Assembly: GCF_004102945.1 (NCBI RefSeq)
Contig: NZ_CP019384.1
Span: forward strand, 1,230,001-1,262,000
Length of the DNA stretch: 32,000 nucleotides
Origin: Candidatus Velamenicoccus archaeovorus
GTDB lineage: Bacteria; Omnitrophota; Gorgyraeia; Velamenicoccales; Velamenicoccaceae
Direction: 5' to 3'
Each line of letters opens with the position of its first letter. Positions within the stretch are counted from its first letter, which is position 1. Position numbers and translations under genes: made by a program. Positions 16,239-25,866 of the stretch are shown here, in pieces. The notes beneath the pieces are model-generated. The model saw nothing but the letters and a program-made list of their open reading frames with translations. It made no database searches and had not been told where the DNA came from.

Positions 16239-17499
16239 AAAAATAATCGTGATAGAGGTCTGCCAGGTAATCGGCGAGTTTACGCCAGGGACCCTTTTGC
16301 CGGGCCTGAAGGAAAAAACAGGAATTACGGTAATCTTCGAGTTGCATCTCCAGCAATCCCACGGCTGAAGCATAGAGAGGTGCCTGAGACAGAGCCAGTT
16401 GGCCCGCCTCTCCCCCCGGCAGACCCAGCCGGACCGAAAGCCCCAGCGTCCGTTCCATCCTCTCCAGCAATCCCTCCAAGAGGCTCAGACCTCCCACCAC
16501 GACGACACCGAAAGAAGAAACATTCTCGACACCGCTATCGAGGATCGCTTTCTTGAGGAGTTCCAGGAATTTATCGATCTCAGGTGCTATGGCTCCGGCG
16601 AGCTCCGTCTTCTTGACGGAACGGTAGACATCATCCGACTTGACCATCACTTCTTCAGATTCCTCGCCTTCTGCCGTCAGCTCCAAAGACGTCCTCTTGA
16701 TCTCGTCTGCAGAAGCCAAGGGAACATGGCAAAAATTTGCGATGATCTCCGTGATATTCTTTCCGCCGAACGAAAGGATACCCAGATGCCGCGCGACCCC
16801 TTCCCGGTAAATCACGACGCCCGTCAACGTCTCTCCCACGTCCACCAAAATCGCCCCCTTATCCCTTTCATCCAAAGAGAGAACGGCCTGGGCCGCCGCG
16901 ATCCCGGAATAAGCGATCATCGTGACATCGCAACCGGCATGCTCGACGGCACGGACGATATTCTCCACATAAGAGGCGGGCGTGCAGACCAACAACAGAT
17001 CCTCCTGAAGCTTGCGGCCGTGAAGACCAAGCGGATTAAGCGTCATGTTATGGCGATCAACGGAATACCCCTGCGGATACTCGTGCAAAAGGTACTCATC
17101 GAGCTCCAGTCCCAGCGTGCGCGCCTGCTGATTGAGACGATCCACATCCCTTTTGGTGATGGTGCGCGTGCCGCGTTCCGCCAAAGCGACGGCCGCCGTG
17201 CTGTGCCTGGCCTGGATATAATTCCCATTGATGCTGATGGCCAGACGCGAGATCTTCTGTCCCTGGCGGGCTTCCATGCGCTTTGCGACCTGACGGATGC
17301 TGTCCGAAAGAAGCGCCAAGTCATTGACGACCCCCTTAAAAATTCCCTTGGCCGGCATGCTCTCCAAAACAACGTCTTCGAGATGTTCATGGTCAGCCGC
17401 TACGCGCGCACTGCTGAGCGTTATCTTCTGCGAACCGATATCGAGAGCATAAAAGACATTGCGCTGTGCCCTCTTTTTGTCCTTCTTTAAAAGTGTCAT
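16237..17499 (-). CDS. ftsA: Cell division protein FtsA
   Basis: 420-aa actin-like ORF (YALDIGSQKI, LVDVGETLTGV, VVVVGGLSLLEGL) with a C-terminal amphipathic tail (WRKLADYLADLYHDYF). It follows ftsQ. Confidence 0.9.
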   Translation of the reverse strand: MTLLKKDKKRAQRNVFYALDIGSQKITLSSARVAADHEHLEDVVLESMPAKGIFKGVVNDLALLSDSIRQVAKRMEARQGQKISRLAISINGNYIQARHSTAAVALAERGTRTITKRDVDRLNQQARTLGLELDEYLLHEYPQGYSVDRHNMTLNPLGLHGRKLQEDLLLVCTPASYVENIVRAVEHAGCDVTMIAYSGIAAAQAVLSLDERDKGAILVDVGETLTGVVIYREGVARHLGILSFGGKNITEIIANFCHVPLASADEIKRTSLELTAEGEESEEVMVKSDDVYRSVKKTELAGAIAPEIDKFLELLKKAILDSGVENVSSFGVVVVGGLSLLEGLLERMERTLGLSVRLGLPGGEAGQLALSQAPLYASAVGLLEMQLEDYRNSCFFLQARQKGPWRKLADYLADLYHDYF

Positions 17500-17506
17500 G
17501 GGATGC

Positions 17507-18307
17507 CTATCGTTTAGGTGTGTCCTTTGTGGCCACTACGGGTTCCTTGGGGCGCAGGTCGATATATTTGATGCGGCTCATATCGCTTGAGATCGTCCTC
17601 AAAATCGCCGGCAAGAGCGAAATACGGCTGTCAAAATTCCTGTCTCCGACCTTCACCTCGATAGCCGGGTTCAGATAAAAAGACAATTCATCCGGATCCG
17701 CCGCATCCAGGCTTATCACGGACAGAGACATGCCGGGGATGGCTTCGCGGATATCTGCGGCACGCGCTTTCAGGATTTTGGCCAAAACCAAGGCCCTGTG
17801 CAGGGCCGCGGAAGAATAAGTCGCGCCCGTTTTAAGCCTGGCCAGCTTGCTGTCCATGCCGGTCAAAAGCGGCAAAGTCGGCGTCTCACCCAGGGACGCC
17901 GACCCGACAACGACACCGTTGGCATCCATCATGTAATAAACGTCTCTCTTGATCCAGACAACCGGCAGGCGTTCCTTGGCGACGATCAGAAGCTGCGACG
18001 GCAGGATGCGGCGGACGCTGACAGAATAAAAATTGGGGAAACGCCGGCGCGTCCTCTCCGCCAGGTCTGTCACATCCAGGCGGAAAATATTGACACCCAC
18101 CACGTCATTCTTGATCATTTCCAGATACCGCTGGTCGCCAACCCCTTCGGCACGCAGTTCCCGGATCTTGAAATAATGAGAAGTGGTCACATAATGATGG
18201 ATGCCTTTGACGATCGCCCAGCCGGAAAGAACGATGGCCGCCAAAGGCAGGACCACAAGAAGGAAAAACGGCCCGCCATTGCTGCTATTCTTTTTTTTCT
18301 TCGCCAT
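17507..18307 (-). CDS. ftsQ: Cell division protein FtsQ (POTRA domain)
   Basis: Basic N-terminus (MAKKKKNSS), a single TM segment (FFLLVVLPLAAIVLSGWAIV), then a POTRA-like segment (FKIRELRAEGV...). I chose the ATG at 18305-18307, 8 nt after the ddl stop. The track ORF begins at a TTG at 18388 inside ddl. Confidence 0.75.
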   Translation of the reverse strand: MAKKKKNSSNGGPFFLLVVLPLAAIVLSGWAIVKGIHHYVTTSHYFKIRELRAEGVGDQRYLEMIKNDVVGVNIFRLDVTDLAERTRRRFPNFYSVSVRRILPSQLLIVAKERLPVVWIKRDVYYMMDANGVVVGSASLGETPTLPLLTGMDSKLARLKTGATYSSAALHRALVLAKILKARAADIREAIPGMSLSVISLDAADPDELSFYLNPAIEVKVGDRNFDSRISLLPAILRTISSDMSRIKYIDLRPKEPVVATKDTPKR

Positions 18308-18314
18308 AAGCTGA

Positions 18315-19268
18315 TCAACAGGACGCTGTTGCCGGTTCCACTGCTTGCGCACAGGCCATCTCGACAAGAGAACGGCACAATTGGACAAAGTTCATTCCCG
18401 CCGCGGCCGCCGCTTTGGGCAGCAGGCTCGTTTCCGTCATGCCGGGAATCGTATTGACTTCAAGGATATAAGGGGTCTTCTCGTCTTTTAGGATCACGTC
18501 GACGCGGGAAAGGTGTCGGCACCCCAGCGCCCGATAAGCTTTAAGCGCGTCGGCCTGGATGCGCGCGGCCAGACGCCGATCCAGCTGGGCCGGGACGATA
18601 TAATCCGTCAGCCCCTTGTGATATTTGGCCTCAAAATCAAAAAAGCCTTTTTTGGGCCGGATCTCCACCACCGGCAGGGGCCGATCATTCACGATAGCCA
18701 CCGTCAGCTCGCGGCCGCGGATAAATTCCTCGACGAGGACATCCTCGCCGTAACGGTGCGCTTCGGCGATCGCGTCCGGCAGGCCTTTGCGGCCGGCCAC
18801 AAAGCTGATGCCGATGCTGGAACCCTGCGCCGATGGTTTGACCACAAATGGTTTCCTGAGCCACCCGGCCATCAAAAGATATCTCCGGCCCTTCCTGACA
18901 ACAACCGAACGGGGCACATGCAAACCCGCCTGCGCAAAACGGCGGCGGGAAACGGTCTTGTCCATCGCCATACGGCTGGCCTGTGCGCCGGGGCCGGTAT
19001 AGCGGACGGGGATCTTTTCAAGGATCTCCTGAAGACGACCGTCCTCGCCGAATCCGCCGTGCATGGCGACAAAAACGACATCCACCATATTCTCGCGGAC
19101 CAACCGGAGGACATCCTCTTGCGTCTCGCTCTGCACGTCCAGAGCGACGACATCAAACCGACCTTCCTGCAAGGCGCCGACAACGGCGCGGCCGGACTTC
19201 AAGGATATCTCCCTCTCGGAAGAACACCCCCCCATCATGACACCGATACGCCCTGGATCAAGAGACAA
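18315..19268 (-). CDS. ddl: D-alanine--D-alanine ligase
   Basis: 317-aa ORF with motifs GGCSSEREISLKSG and EVNTIPGMT. The apparent start is TTG (plus caa at 19266-19268). It overlaps the murB stop by 11 nt. Confidence 0.9.
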   Translation of the reverse strand: MSLDPGRIGVMMGGCSSEREISLKSGRAVVGALQEGRFDVVALDVQSETQEDVLRLVRENMVDVVFVAMHGGFGEDGRLQEILEKIPVRYTGPGAQASRMAMDKTVSRRRFAQAGLHVPRSVVVRKGRRYLLMAGWLRKPFVVKPSAQGSSIGISFVAGRKGLPDAIAEAHRYGEDVLVEEFIRGRELTVAIVNDRPLPVVEIRPKKGFFDFEAKYHKGLTDYIVPAQLDRRLAARIQADALKAYRALGCRHLSRVDVILKDEKTPYILEVNTIPGMTETSLLPKAAAAAGMNFVQLCRSLVEMACAQAVEPATASC

Positions 19269-20160
19269 TTTTTACCTCTGGCTGCAAACGAATTTTGTAA
19301 CGATTATACACGGTTTTACGGACAATTTCCATGAGCTTCATGACATCGCCGTATGTCGCGCCGCCTTTATTCACGATGAAATTCGCATGCTTGGAGCTGA
19401 CACTGGCACCTCCCACAGAGGCACCTTTGAGCCCGCAGAGATCGATGAGGCGACCGGCGGCAGCGCCGCGCGGATTCTTAAAAAAACTTCCGGCGCTCGG
19501 GTAAGACCATTCCTGGCGCCCCCGCCTCTCCGCGCGGATCTCTGCGGCCATTTTCCGGCTCCGGGCAGATGAGCCGCGGCGGAGCTTCAAAGACACCCCC
19601 AGAATAAACAGCGGCCCCAGCGAAGAATGCCGATAAGAAAATTTTATCCTGTCTTTCCCCAGCGTCCTTATCCGGCCGCGCCGGTCCATGACGTCAACGT
19701 CTTGCACGATATCTTTCATCTCGCAGTAACTGCGCGAATCGTCGAATACGGTCCTGGCGCCTGCGTTCATCGCCACCGCCCCTCCGAGAGTCCCGGGGAT
19801 GCCCGTCAAAAATTCATGCCCTGTCAGGCCTTCGGCCGCCAGCGTCCTGACCAGCGCTCCCAACGAAACGCCGGCCCCCGCCCTCACCCGATCGCCGGAA
19901 ACAACGATCCTGCGAAAAGGGGGCCGTGAAAAACATATGAATATTTTCCTGACCAGGCCGTCCTTGACGAGAAGATTGCTGCCGGCGCCGATGGCAAAAA
20001 CATCCGCCCGCTTCGGCAGGAGCCTTAAAAAATCCGAAAGTTCCCTGGCATCTGAGGGTTCATACCACCCCAGCGCCTCCCCGCCGATGCCGAATGTCGT
20101 GTGGCGCCGCAGAGGCTCGCCTTTCTTGACCTTATTTTTGAAGGCTCTTGGCAAATTCAT
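19258..20160 (-). CDS. murB: UDP-N-acetylenolpyruvoylglucosamine reductase
   Basis: 300-aa ORF with motifs RRHTTFGIGG, GIPGTLGGAVAMNAG and PSAGSFFKNP. Confidence 0.85.
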   Translation of the reverse strand: MNLPRAFKNKVKKGEPLRRHTTFGIGGEALGWYEPSDARELSDFLRLLPKRADVFAIGAGSNLLVKDGLVRKIFICFSRPPFRRIVVSGDRVRAGAGVSLGALVRTLAAEGLTGHEFLTGIPGTLGGAVAMNAGARTVFDDSRSYCEMKDIVQDVDVMDRRGRIRTLGKDRIKFSYRHSSLGPLFILGVSLKLRRGSSARSRKMAAEIRAERRGRQEWSYPSAGSFFKNPRGAAAGRLIDLCGLKGASVGGASVSSKHANFIVNKGGATYGDVMKLMEIVRKTVYNRYKIRLQPEVKIVS

Positions 20161-21493
20161 CGCTCAACCTGGTGATATCGCCGGCCCCCAGAAAAAGCAC
20201 GAGATCGTCCTTCTGGATGCGCCCTTTAAGATGTTCAACGACCTTTTCCCTGCTGACATAATCCACGGACAGGCGTGTCGCGCTCCTGACGCGATCAGCC
20301 AAACCCTGGGCTGAGACCCCCTCCAGCGGATCTTCGCCGGCGCCGTAAATGTCCGTCACCACCAGATAGTCGCTCTTTTCAAAGCTCCCCGGGAACATGT
20401 CCAAAAGAAGTTTGGTGCGGGTGAAACGGTGGGGCTGGAAAACAACGACGACGCGGTTACGCGCGCATAATCTCGCAGCCTCGATCGTCGCGGCAATTTC
20501 CGTCGGATGATGGGCGTAATCATCCACCACGGAAAGTTCTGTTGTTTCATATTTGACCTGAAAACGGCGTTCGACGCCCTTGAACCCTTCCAGCGCCTTT
20601 TGGATAACCTTAAAATCCAGCCCCAGTCTCCGCCCCAGCGCCACGACGGCCAGGGCATTGGCGATATTATGCCTGCCGGCCAGGTCCATGACCACGGGCC
20701 CAAGGACTTCGGAACCTGTGGCGCAATCGAAAGAGATCCGGCAACGGGCCAGAGAGATATTTAAGGGATAAAAATCGGCTTCCGGCGAAAAACCGTACGT
20801 GACGGCCCTGACGCCGCTCCTGGAGACGATCATATCCAAAACAGGATCCTCCTGAAAATAAATCACGCATCCCTCGGGTTTTGTCTGGCCCACAAAAACC
20901 TCAAACGCCTCAACCAAATGCTCGTACGTCCCATAATGGTCCAGATGCTCCCTGTCAATATTGGTGATGATCGAATATGTCGGGGTGTAGCACAAAAATG
21001 TCCCGTCGCTTTCATCGGCCTCGGCCACAAAGAAAGGGCTGTCGCCGAATTTCATGTTGTCGCCATCCTCGCGCAGGATGCCGCCCACGGCCACCGTCGG
21101 CCTCAAGCCCGCCGTCAACAACAGTTTCGCGGCCAAGGAAGAGGTCGTCGTCTTTCCATGGGCGCCCGTCACCGTAACGACCGTCTTGTCGGCCATCAGG
21201 TCGCTCAAGAACTCGGCGCGCCTCTTCGTGGGGACACCGCGGCGGCGAGCCTCCTCCATTTCCGGATTTTCCTGCCGGATGGCGGAGGAATAAACGACAA
21301 GATCGGCCCCGGCAACATGAGAAGCCTCGTGGCCTATGGAAATTTTGGCGCCCATCTGCGAAAGCTTCTGCGTGATCGCCGAAGATTTAAGGTCGCAACC
21401 GGAAACCACATGACCATGCTTGATGGCCAATTGCGCGATCCCGCTGACGCCGATGCCCCCGATGCCGATGAAATGGATATGCCGTGGTGTCAT
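20132..21493 (-). CDS. murC: UDP-N-acetylmuramate--L-alanine ligase
   Basis: 453-aa Mur ligase with HFIGIGGIGVSGIA and the P-loop VTGAHGKTTTSS. ATGA overlap with the upstream peptidase gene. Confidence 0.9.
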   Translation of the reverse strand: MTPRHIHFIGIGGIGVSGIAQLAIKHGHVVSGCDLKSSAITQKLSQMGAKISIGHEASHVAGADLVVYSSAIRQENPEMEEARRRGVPTKRRAEFLSDLMADKTVVTVTGAHGKTTTSSLAAKLLLTAGLRPTVAVGGILREDGDNMKFGDSPFFVAEADESDGTFLCYTPTYSIITNIDREHLDHYGTYEHLVEAFEVFVGQTKPEGCVIYFQEDPVLDMIVSRSGVRAVTYGFSPEADFYPLNISLARCRISFDCATGSEVLGPVVMDLAGRHNIANALAVVALGRRLGLDFKVIQKALEGFKGVERRFQVKYETTELSVVDDYAHHPTEIAATIEAARLCARNRVVVVFQPHRFTRTKLLLDMFPGSFEKSDYLVVTDIYGAGEDPLEGVSAQGLADRVRSATRLSVDYVSREKVVEHLKGRIQKDDLVLFLGAGDITRLSDEFAKSLQK

Positions 21494-22302
21494 AAGATGG
21501 CCTGCGGGGCCCCTTTAAGTTTCTTCCTCAAAGATTCTTCCCAGGATTTCCCAAGATCGTCTACGCTGCGAACATCGAAAAAGGCATAGGCCAAGGCGTC
21601 GTTAAAATCCATCCCTTCCTTGATCTTGCGCAACAGATAACTGAAACGCTCCACCCCGAACTTTTCAATCAGGTAATTGACGACGCTGACGGACTCGGCA
21701 TAAAACAAATTGGCGGCGCCGGGCGCCTGAAGGCTGGAGGCGTCGATGGCCGAAAGGTTTTTAAGAGAAACGAACGTCTGGTCGCGCATAGCATTCAATA
21801 CGGTCTTTTCCGCGCCATATCTCTTGGCCTGCTCCAGGTAAGACGCAATCCCCTCTTCGAACCAGAGGGGGACGCGGCGGGAACCGATCGCGTCGCGCAG
21901 GATGATGTGGCCGATCTCATGCGGCAGGAGAGAATCGAAAAATCCGGCTTCGCGCGGGAACGTCCAGATCGACTTCTGTTCATAAGCTGCGGCGCCGCCC
22001 GACCAGTTCGGTTGACCCGATTCTTTCATATACGTCTCCTGGTCGGGATAGAGATATATCTTGGCCCGCTCGTCCCACGTCCAGTAATCGAACCGGACCA
22101 GGCCCAGTCTCTGCGTCAGTTCATCGTAATAACGCTCGGAATAATCAATGACCGTACGCACGAAATCTTTTGAGACACCCTTGTCATAATAAACAATGAA
22201 GTGCGTGCTCTTCTCCTCAAGAAAATCATAGGCGTGCGCCGCAGGGGCGAGACACAAAAAACCCGATAACAAAAACAATAAGATAGCCCATGCTTTCTTC
22301 AT
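21490..22302 (-). CDS. Exported zinc metallopeptidase, HExxH gluzincin type (peptidase MA-like)
   Basis: 270-aa ORF with a signal peptide (MKKAWAILLFLLSGFLCLAPAAHA/YD). It carries HEIGH followed by PLWFEEGIASYLE, the HExxH ... PxWxxEGxAxY pattern I associate with Peptidase_MA_2-type proteins. ATGA overlaps at both ends, with murG and murC. Confidence 0.55.
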   Translation of the reverse strand: MKKAWAILLFLLSGFLCLAPAAHAYDFLEEKSTHFIVYYDKGVSKDFVRTVIDYSERYYDELTQRLGLVRFDYWTWDERAKIYLYPDQETYMKESGQPNWSGGAAAYEQKSIWTFPREAGFFDSLLPHEIGHIILRDAIGSRRVPLWFEEGIASYLEQAKRYGAEKTVLNAMRDQTFVSLKNLSAIDASSLQAPGAANLFYAESVSVVNYLIEKFGVERFSYLLRKIKEGMDFNDALAYAFFDVRSVDDLGKSWEESLRKKLKGAPQAIL

Positions 22303-23369
22303 GCCAAGACCGCCTCCGCCACAGACATGTTTTCAGAAACCTCGCCCAGGGAGCGTGCGATCGCCGCCATCGTCTTGCGCCTGAACGCATCCTCCGCAAA
22401 AAGGTCAAGCAGGCCGCTCAATAATTCTGGGGTCAGGCGTTTCTCTTCCAAAAGAAGGGCCGCGCCTTTTTCCGCCAGGACCTTGGCGTTTTCCAGCTGG
22501 TGCTGGCCTGCATGCGGATACGGCACCAGGACAGAAGGAAGACCGAAATGCATCATCTCATGGACACAGCCGGCGCCTGAACGCGCCACAACCAAATCCG
22601 CCACAGAATAAGCATAGTGCATCTGGGTAAGGAAAGCAAACACTTTGCTTTTCACGCCGAGCTCCTCATAAACACGCCGCACGAAATCCAGGTCGGCGGC
22701 GCCGCTGCAATGGATGATCTGCCACCGCCCCCTGTCCTTGTTCAGGCGCACGGCATCCGTGAACGCCTGATTCAGGCGGTGGGCGCCCTGGCTGCCGCCA
22801 ATGACCAGGATCGTGAAAAGCCCTTCGCGCAAACCCAGTTGGGCGAGAGCTTCATGCCGCGCCACGGGTTGCAGCGCCCGCCGCAAGGGATAACGCGCCA
22901 GAAACACCTTGTTCCCCCTCCTCCTGAAGTACGCCCTGCTGCGATCGAAAGAAACGATGATCCTATGGACGACGAGGGCGCCCAAGAGCCTGTTGGCCCT
23001 CCCCGGAAGAACATTCTGTTCATGAATCATGGCCTTTGCGCCCAAGAGTCTGCCCAGGGACACGAAAGGCACAGTAAGATAACCTCCAAATCCTACGACG
23101 ATATCGGGCCGCTCTTTCATCAAAAGCCCTATCGCCTGGAAGAACAACCTGCAAACCCCTCCCGCGCTGCGACGGCCAGAAAGAACATATGTCCTGACGG
23201 TCGGCGAAACAAGATCTTCCAACCCTTTGCTGCGCGACGTCACGAAGACGACCGCGGGAACCGGCCGATTCATTTCTGCCAAGGCCTCACAAAAAGCGAT
23301 AGCCGGCAGGATATGCCCCCCGGAACCGCCGGCGATGACCATGATCTTTGCTGCCCCCTTCCGGCTCAC
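22299..23369 (-). CDS. murG: Lipid II synthase MurG (UDP-GlcNAc transferase)
   Basis: 356-aa ORF with the GGSGGHILPA motif and a two-domain GT28 layout. GTG start (plus cac at 23367-23369) in a GTGA overlap with the ftsW stop. Confidence 0.9.
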   Translation of the reverse strand: MSRKGAAKIMVIAGGSGGHILPAIAFCEALAEMNRPVPAVVFVTSRSKGLEDLVSPTVRTYVLSGRRSAGGVCRLFFQAIGLLMKERPDIVVGFGGYLTVPFVSLGRLLGAKAMIHEQNVLPGRANRLLGALVVHRIIVSFDRSRAYFRRRGNKVFLARYPLRRALQPVARHEALAQLGLREGLFTILVIGGSQGAHRLNQAFTDAVRLNKDRGRWQIIHCSGAADLDFVRRVYEELGVKSKVFAFLTQMHYAYSVADLVVARSGAGCVHEMMHFGLPSVLVPYPHAGQHQLENAKVLAEKGAALLLEEKRLTPELLSGLLDLFAEDAFRRKTMAAIARSLGEVSENMSVAEAVLA

Positions 23370-24460
23370 AGGGCGACCTCCTCGGATTTAGACACATTGA
23401 GCAAAAGTCCAACGGCAACCATGTAAAACACGAGCGAGGAACCTCCGTAGCTGATAAACGGCAAAGGCAGACCTTTTGTGGGAAGGGCGCCGATAGAAAC
23501 GCCTATGTTGACGACCGCCGAAAAAGCGATCAGGGTCATGACGCCGACGCAAACGAGCTTTCCAAAAGGATCGTTGACCTTCCGGATGATCCTCCCCATC
23601 TGCCAAATGAGGAAAATAAATAAAAGGATGACGGCGCAGGCGCCGACCAGACCGAGTTCTTCGGTGATGATCGAAAAAATAAAATCCGTATGCGCCGCCG
23701 GCAGATAAAACAGCTTCTGACGGCCCTGCCCCAGGCCCAGGCCGAAAATACCTCCGGATCCGAGGGCGATCTGCGACTGGATGATCTGGAAACCCGTTCC
23801 CTGCGGATCCAGCCAAGGATTCAAAAAAGCCAGGATCCTCGCCCGGCGGTACGGCACGCGGAACACCAACAAATACAAAACCGGCAGGGCCGAGACGGCG
23901 CTGATAACCATATGAGACAGCCTGATGCCGGACACAAACAGCATCGTGAATGTCAAAACGACAAAAGATACTGCCGTCCCCAGGTCCGGCTGCAGAAGGA
24001 CCAGGAGCGTGATAACCCCCAGAACGCAGATGGGCGGCACGAATCCTCTCCAGAACTCCTTGAGATAAGCCGCCTTCCTGTTCAGATAATCGGCAAGATA
24101 AACGATCAAGGCGACCTTCACGAATTCCGTCGGCTGATAATTGAACCCGGCAATATGCAGCCAGCGCTTGGCTCCGCCAACTTCCCTGGAAATGCCGGGC
24201 ACCAAAACCAAAACAAGGGGAATGACGGAAAAAATAAGGAGGGGTTTAGCGATGCGGCGCAGGAGATGATAATCCACGGCCATTGTGCAGACCATCGCGA
24301 TACAACCGATAAAGAGATAAAGGCACTGTTTTTTCAGCAAGCCGTAACTTTCACCGCTCGCCTGCCAGGTGAAGATCGAACTGGCACTATAGATCATGAC
24401 GATGCCGATGCAGATCAAGACGAGCATCGTGACGAAAACAGAAATGCGTGCGTTTCGCAT
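23366..24460 (-). CDS. ftsW: SEDS-family divisome protein FtsW
   Basis: 364-aa polytopic ORF with SEDS motifs (YQPTEFVK, LQPDLGTA, HTDFIFS, PLPFISYGGSS). It sits between murD and murG. Confidence 0.85.
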   Translation of the reverse strand: MRNARISVFVTMLVLICIGIVMIYSASSIFTWQASGESYGLLKKQCLYLFIGCIAMVCTMAVDYHLLRRIAKPLLIFSVIPLVLVLVPGISREVGGAKRWLHIAGFNYQPTEFVKVALIVYLADYLNRKAAYLKEFWRGFVPPICVLGVITLLVLLQPDLGTAVSFVVLTFTMLFVSGIRLSHMVISAVSALPVLYLLVFRVPYRRARILAFLNPWLDPQGTGFQIIQSQIALGSGGIFGLGLGQGRQKLFYLPAAHTDFIFSIITEELGLVGACAVILLFIFLIWQMGRIIRKVNDPFGKLVCVGVMTLIAFSAVVNIGVSIGALPTKGLPLPFISYGGSSLVFYMVAVGLLLNVSKSEEVAL

Positions 24461-24468
24461 TTTTCTAA

Positions 24469-24507
24469 GTTGACGGGTAGCGGGTTAACGGGTTGGCGAG
24501 TTGAAAT
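24469..24507. repeat. Five tandem 7-8-bp units (plus-strand consensus GTTRRCGG) 8 nt upstream of the ftsW start
   Basis: gttgacgg gtagcgg gttaacgg gttggcga gttgaaat. On the ftsW-sense strand this reads ...tcgccaac ccgttaac ccgctac ccgtcaac ttagaaaaATG. Confidence 0.7.
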
Positions 24508-24609
24508 CCTCAAGCTCATGCATGCGCATACCCGAAACAAGCGATACCTGAACTCCTCATTTATACATTCGCGGCCAAAAACAGCCGCTTCCAAGGCCGG
24601 AGAAATAGT

Positions 24610-25866
24610 CTATCTCAATCGGCCGACGATCTCTTTAAAGGTACGGCCGCGATGCTCGTAGTCGGTGAACATGTCAAAACTTTTGCACATCGGCGAAAAC
24701 AGGACGCAATCGCCCGTGCGCGCATGCTGACGGGCGCGCCGCACCGCCTGCTCAAATGTCGTCACCTGTTCCAGGAGCACAACATCATGCCAGGCGGCCG
24801 CAATGCGGTCGCTGGCCTCCCCGGTCAGAACAACGAATTTCACCTTTTGGCGCACCAGCTCGCCGATAGATGCGAAATCGCTCCCTTTGTCGCGGCCGCC
24901 CGCAATCAGGACGACAGGCTTTTTGATATTGCGCAACGCCCAAACGGTCGAATCGATGTTCGTCGCCTTGGAATCATTGAGATATTCCACGCCGTCAAGA
25001 ACCCTGACGAATTCTATGCGGTGCTCTACGCCTTTGAAATTCTTAAAAACCTCAAGACACGCGCGGCGGTCCAACCCAAGCGCCGCAGCCACAGCCAACA
25101 CCGCCTGCTGGTTCTGGTCGAATTCGGCATCCTGAGCATTTTTGCCGAAGAACAACACGCGCGCAGGCGCCTCGGCCGCAAGGGCCCGAAGGGCCGCATC
25201 GGTCTCATTCAGGATAAGCCAATCGGCGCGATCCTGATTCATATAAACACGTTTTTTGGCTTCCAGGTAGTCGGCGACATCGCGATACCGGTCCAGATGG
25301 TCCGGCGTCAAGTTGAGGATAACGGCGACGCGAGGATGGAATGCATGGATGGTCTCCAGTTGAAAAGAGCTGACCTCAAGGGAAACATAGTCCTCCTTCT
25401 TCATCTCGAGGACTTTGGCCGAAAAAGGCATGCCGATATTCCCAAGGACAAAGGCCCTGCGCCCGGCCGCTTTGAGGACATCTCCCACAAGCGTTGTTGT
25501 CGTCGTTTTGCCGTTGGTTCCCGTGATGGCAATGATGGTCGCCGGACAGACACTTGCAGCCAACTCCAGCTCGCTGACAATCTCGATATGTTCCTCACCG
25601 GCCCAGACAACAGGCAAGGCATCCAGTCTAGCGCCGGGACTTAACACCAAAAGATCGCGGCCTGCGACAGCCGCCCGGCTATGCCCCCCCAGCTCGACAA
25701 CGACGCCTTCTTCGCCAAGCTCGCGGGCCAGGCATTCGTACTGCTCCGAACGCTTCGCCTCCGTTACCGTGACATCCGCCCCAAGTTTTTTCAAAAGCCT
25801 GGCGGCTGCCAGGCCGCTGCGGGCCAGGCCGACGACCGTCACTTTTTTGTCCTGATAGGATATCAT
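24610..25866 (-). CDS. murD: UDP-N-acetylmuramoylalanine--D-glutamate ligase
   Basis: 418-aa Mur ligase with N-terminal VTVVGLARSG (Rossmann-like) and the P-loop ITGTNGKTTTTTL. ATGA overlap with mraY. Confidence 0.9.
   Translation of the reverse strand: MISYQDKKVTVVGLARSGLAAARLLKKLGADVTVTEAKRSEQYECLARELGEEGVVVELGGHSRAAVAGRDLLVLSPGARLDALPVVWAGEEHIEIVSELELAASVCPATIIAITGTNGKTTTTTLVGDVLKAAGRRAFVLGNIGMPFSAKVLEMKKEDYVSLEVSSFQLETIHAFHPRVAVILNLTPDHLDRYRDVADYLEAKKRVYMNQDRADWLILNETDAALRALAAEAPARVLFFGKNAQDAEFDQNQQAVLAVAAALGLDRRACLEVFKNFKGVEHRIEFVRVLDGVEYLNDSKATNIDSTVWALRNIKKPVVLIAGGRDKGSDFASIGELVRQKVKFVVLTGEASDRIAAAWHDVVLLEQVTTFEQAVRRARQHARTGDCVLFSPMCKSFDMFTDYEHRGRTFKEIVGRLR

Noticed and set aside
18288-18300. 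A homopolymer run (T8 on plus, A8 on the ftsQ sense strand) just after the ftsQ start, considered as a phase-variation tract.
   Set aside because: It simply encodes the lysine-rich cytoplasmic N-terminus (MAKKKKN) that is common in bitopic division proteins. The gene is essential, the tract is short, and there is no evidence of length variation.
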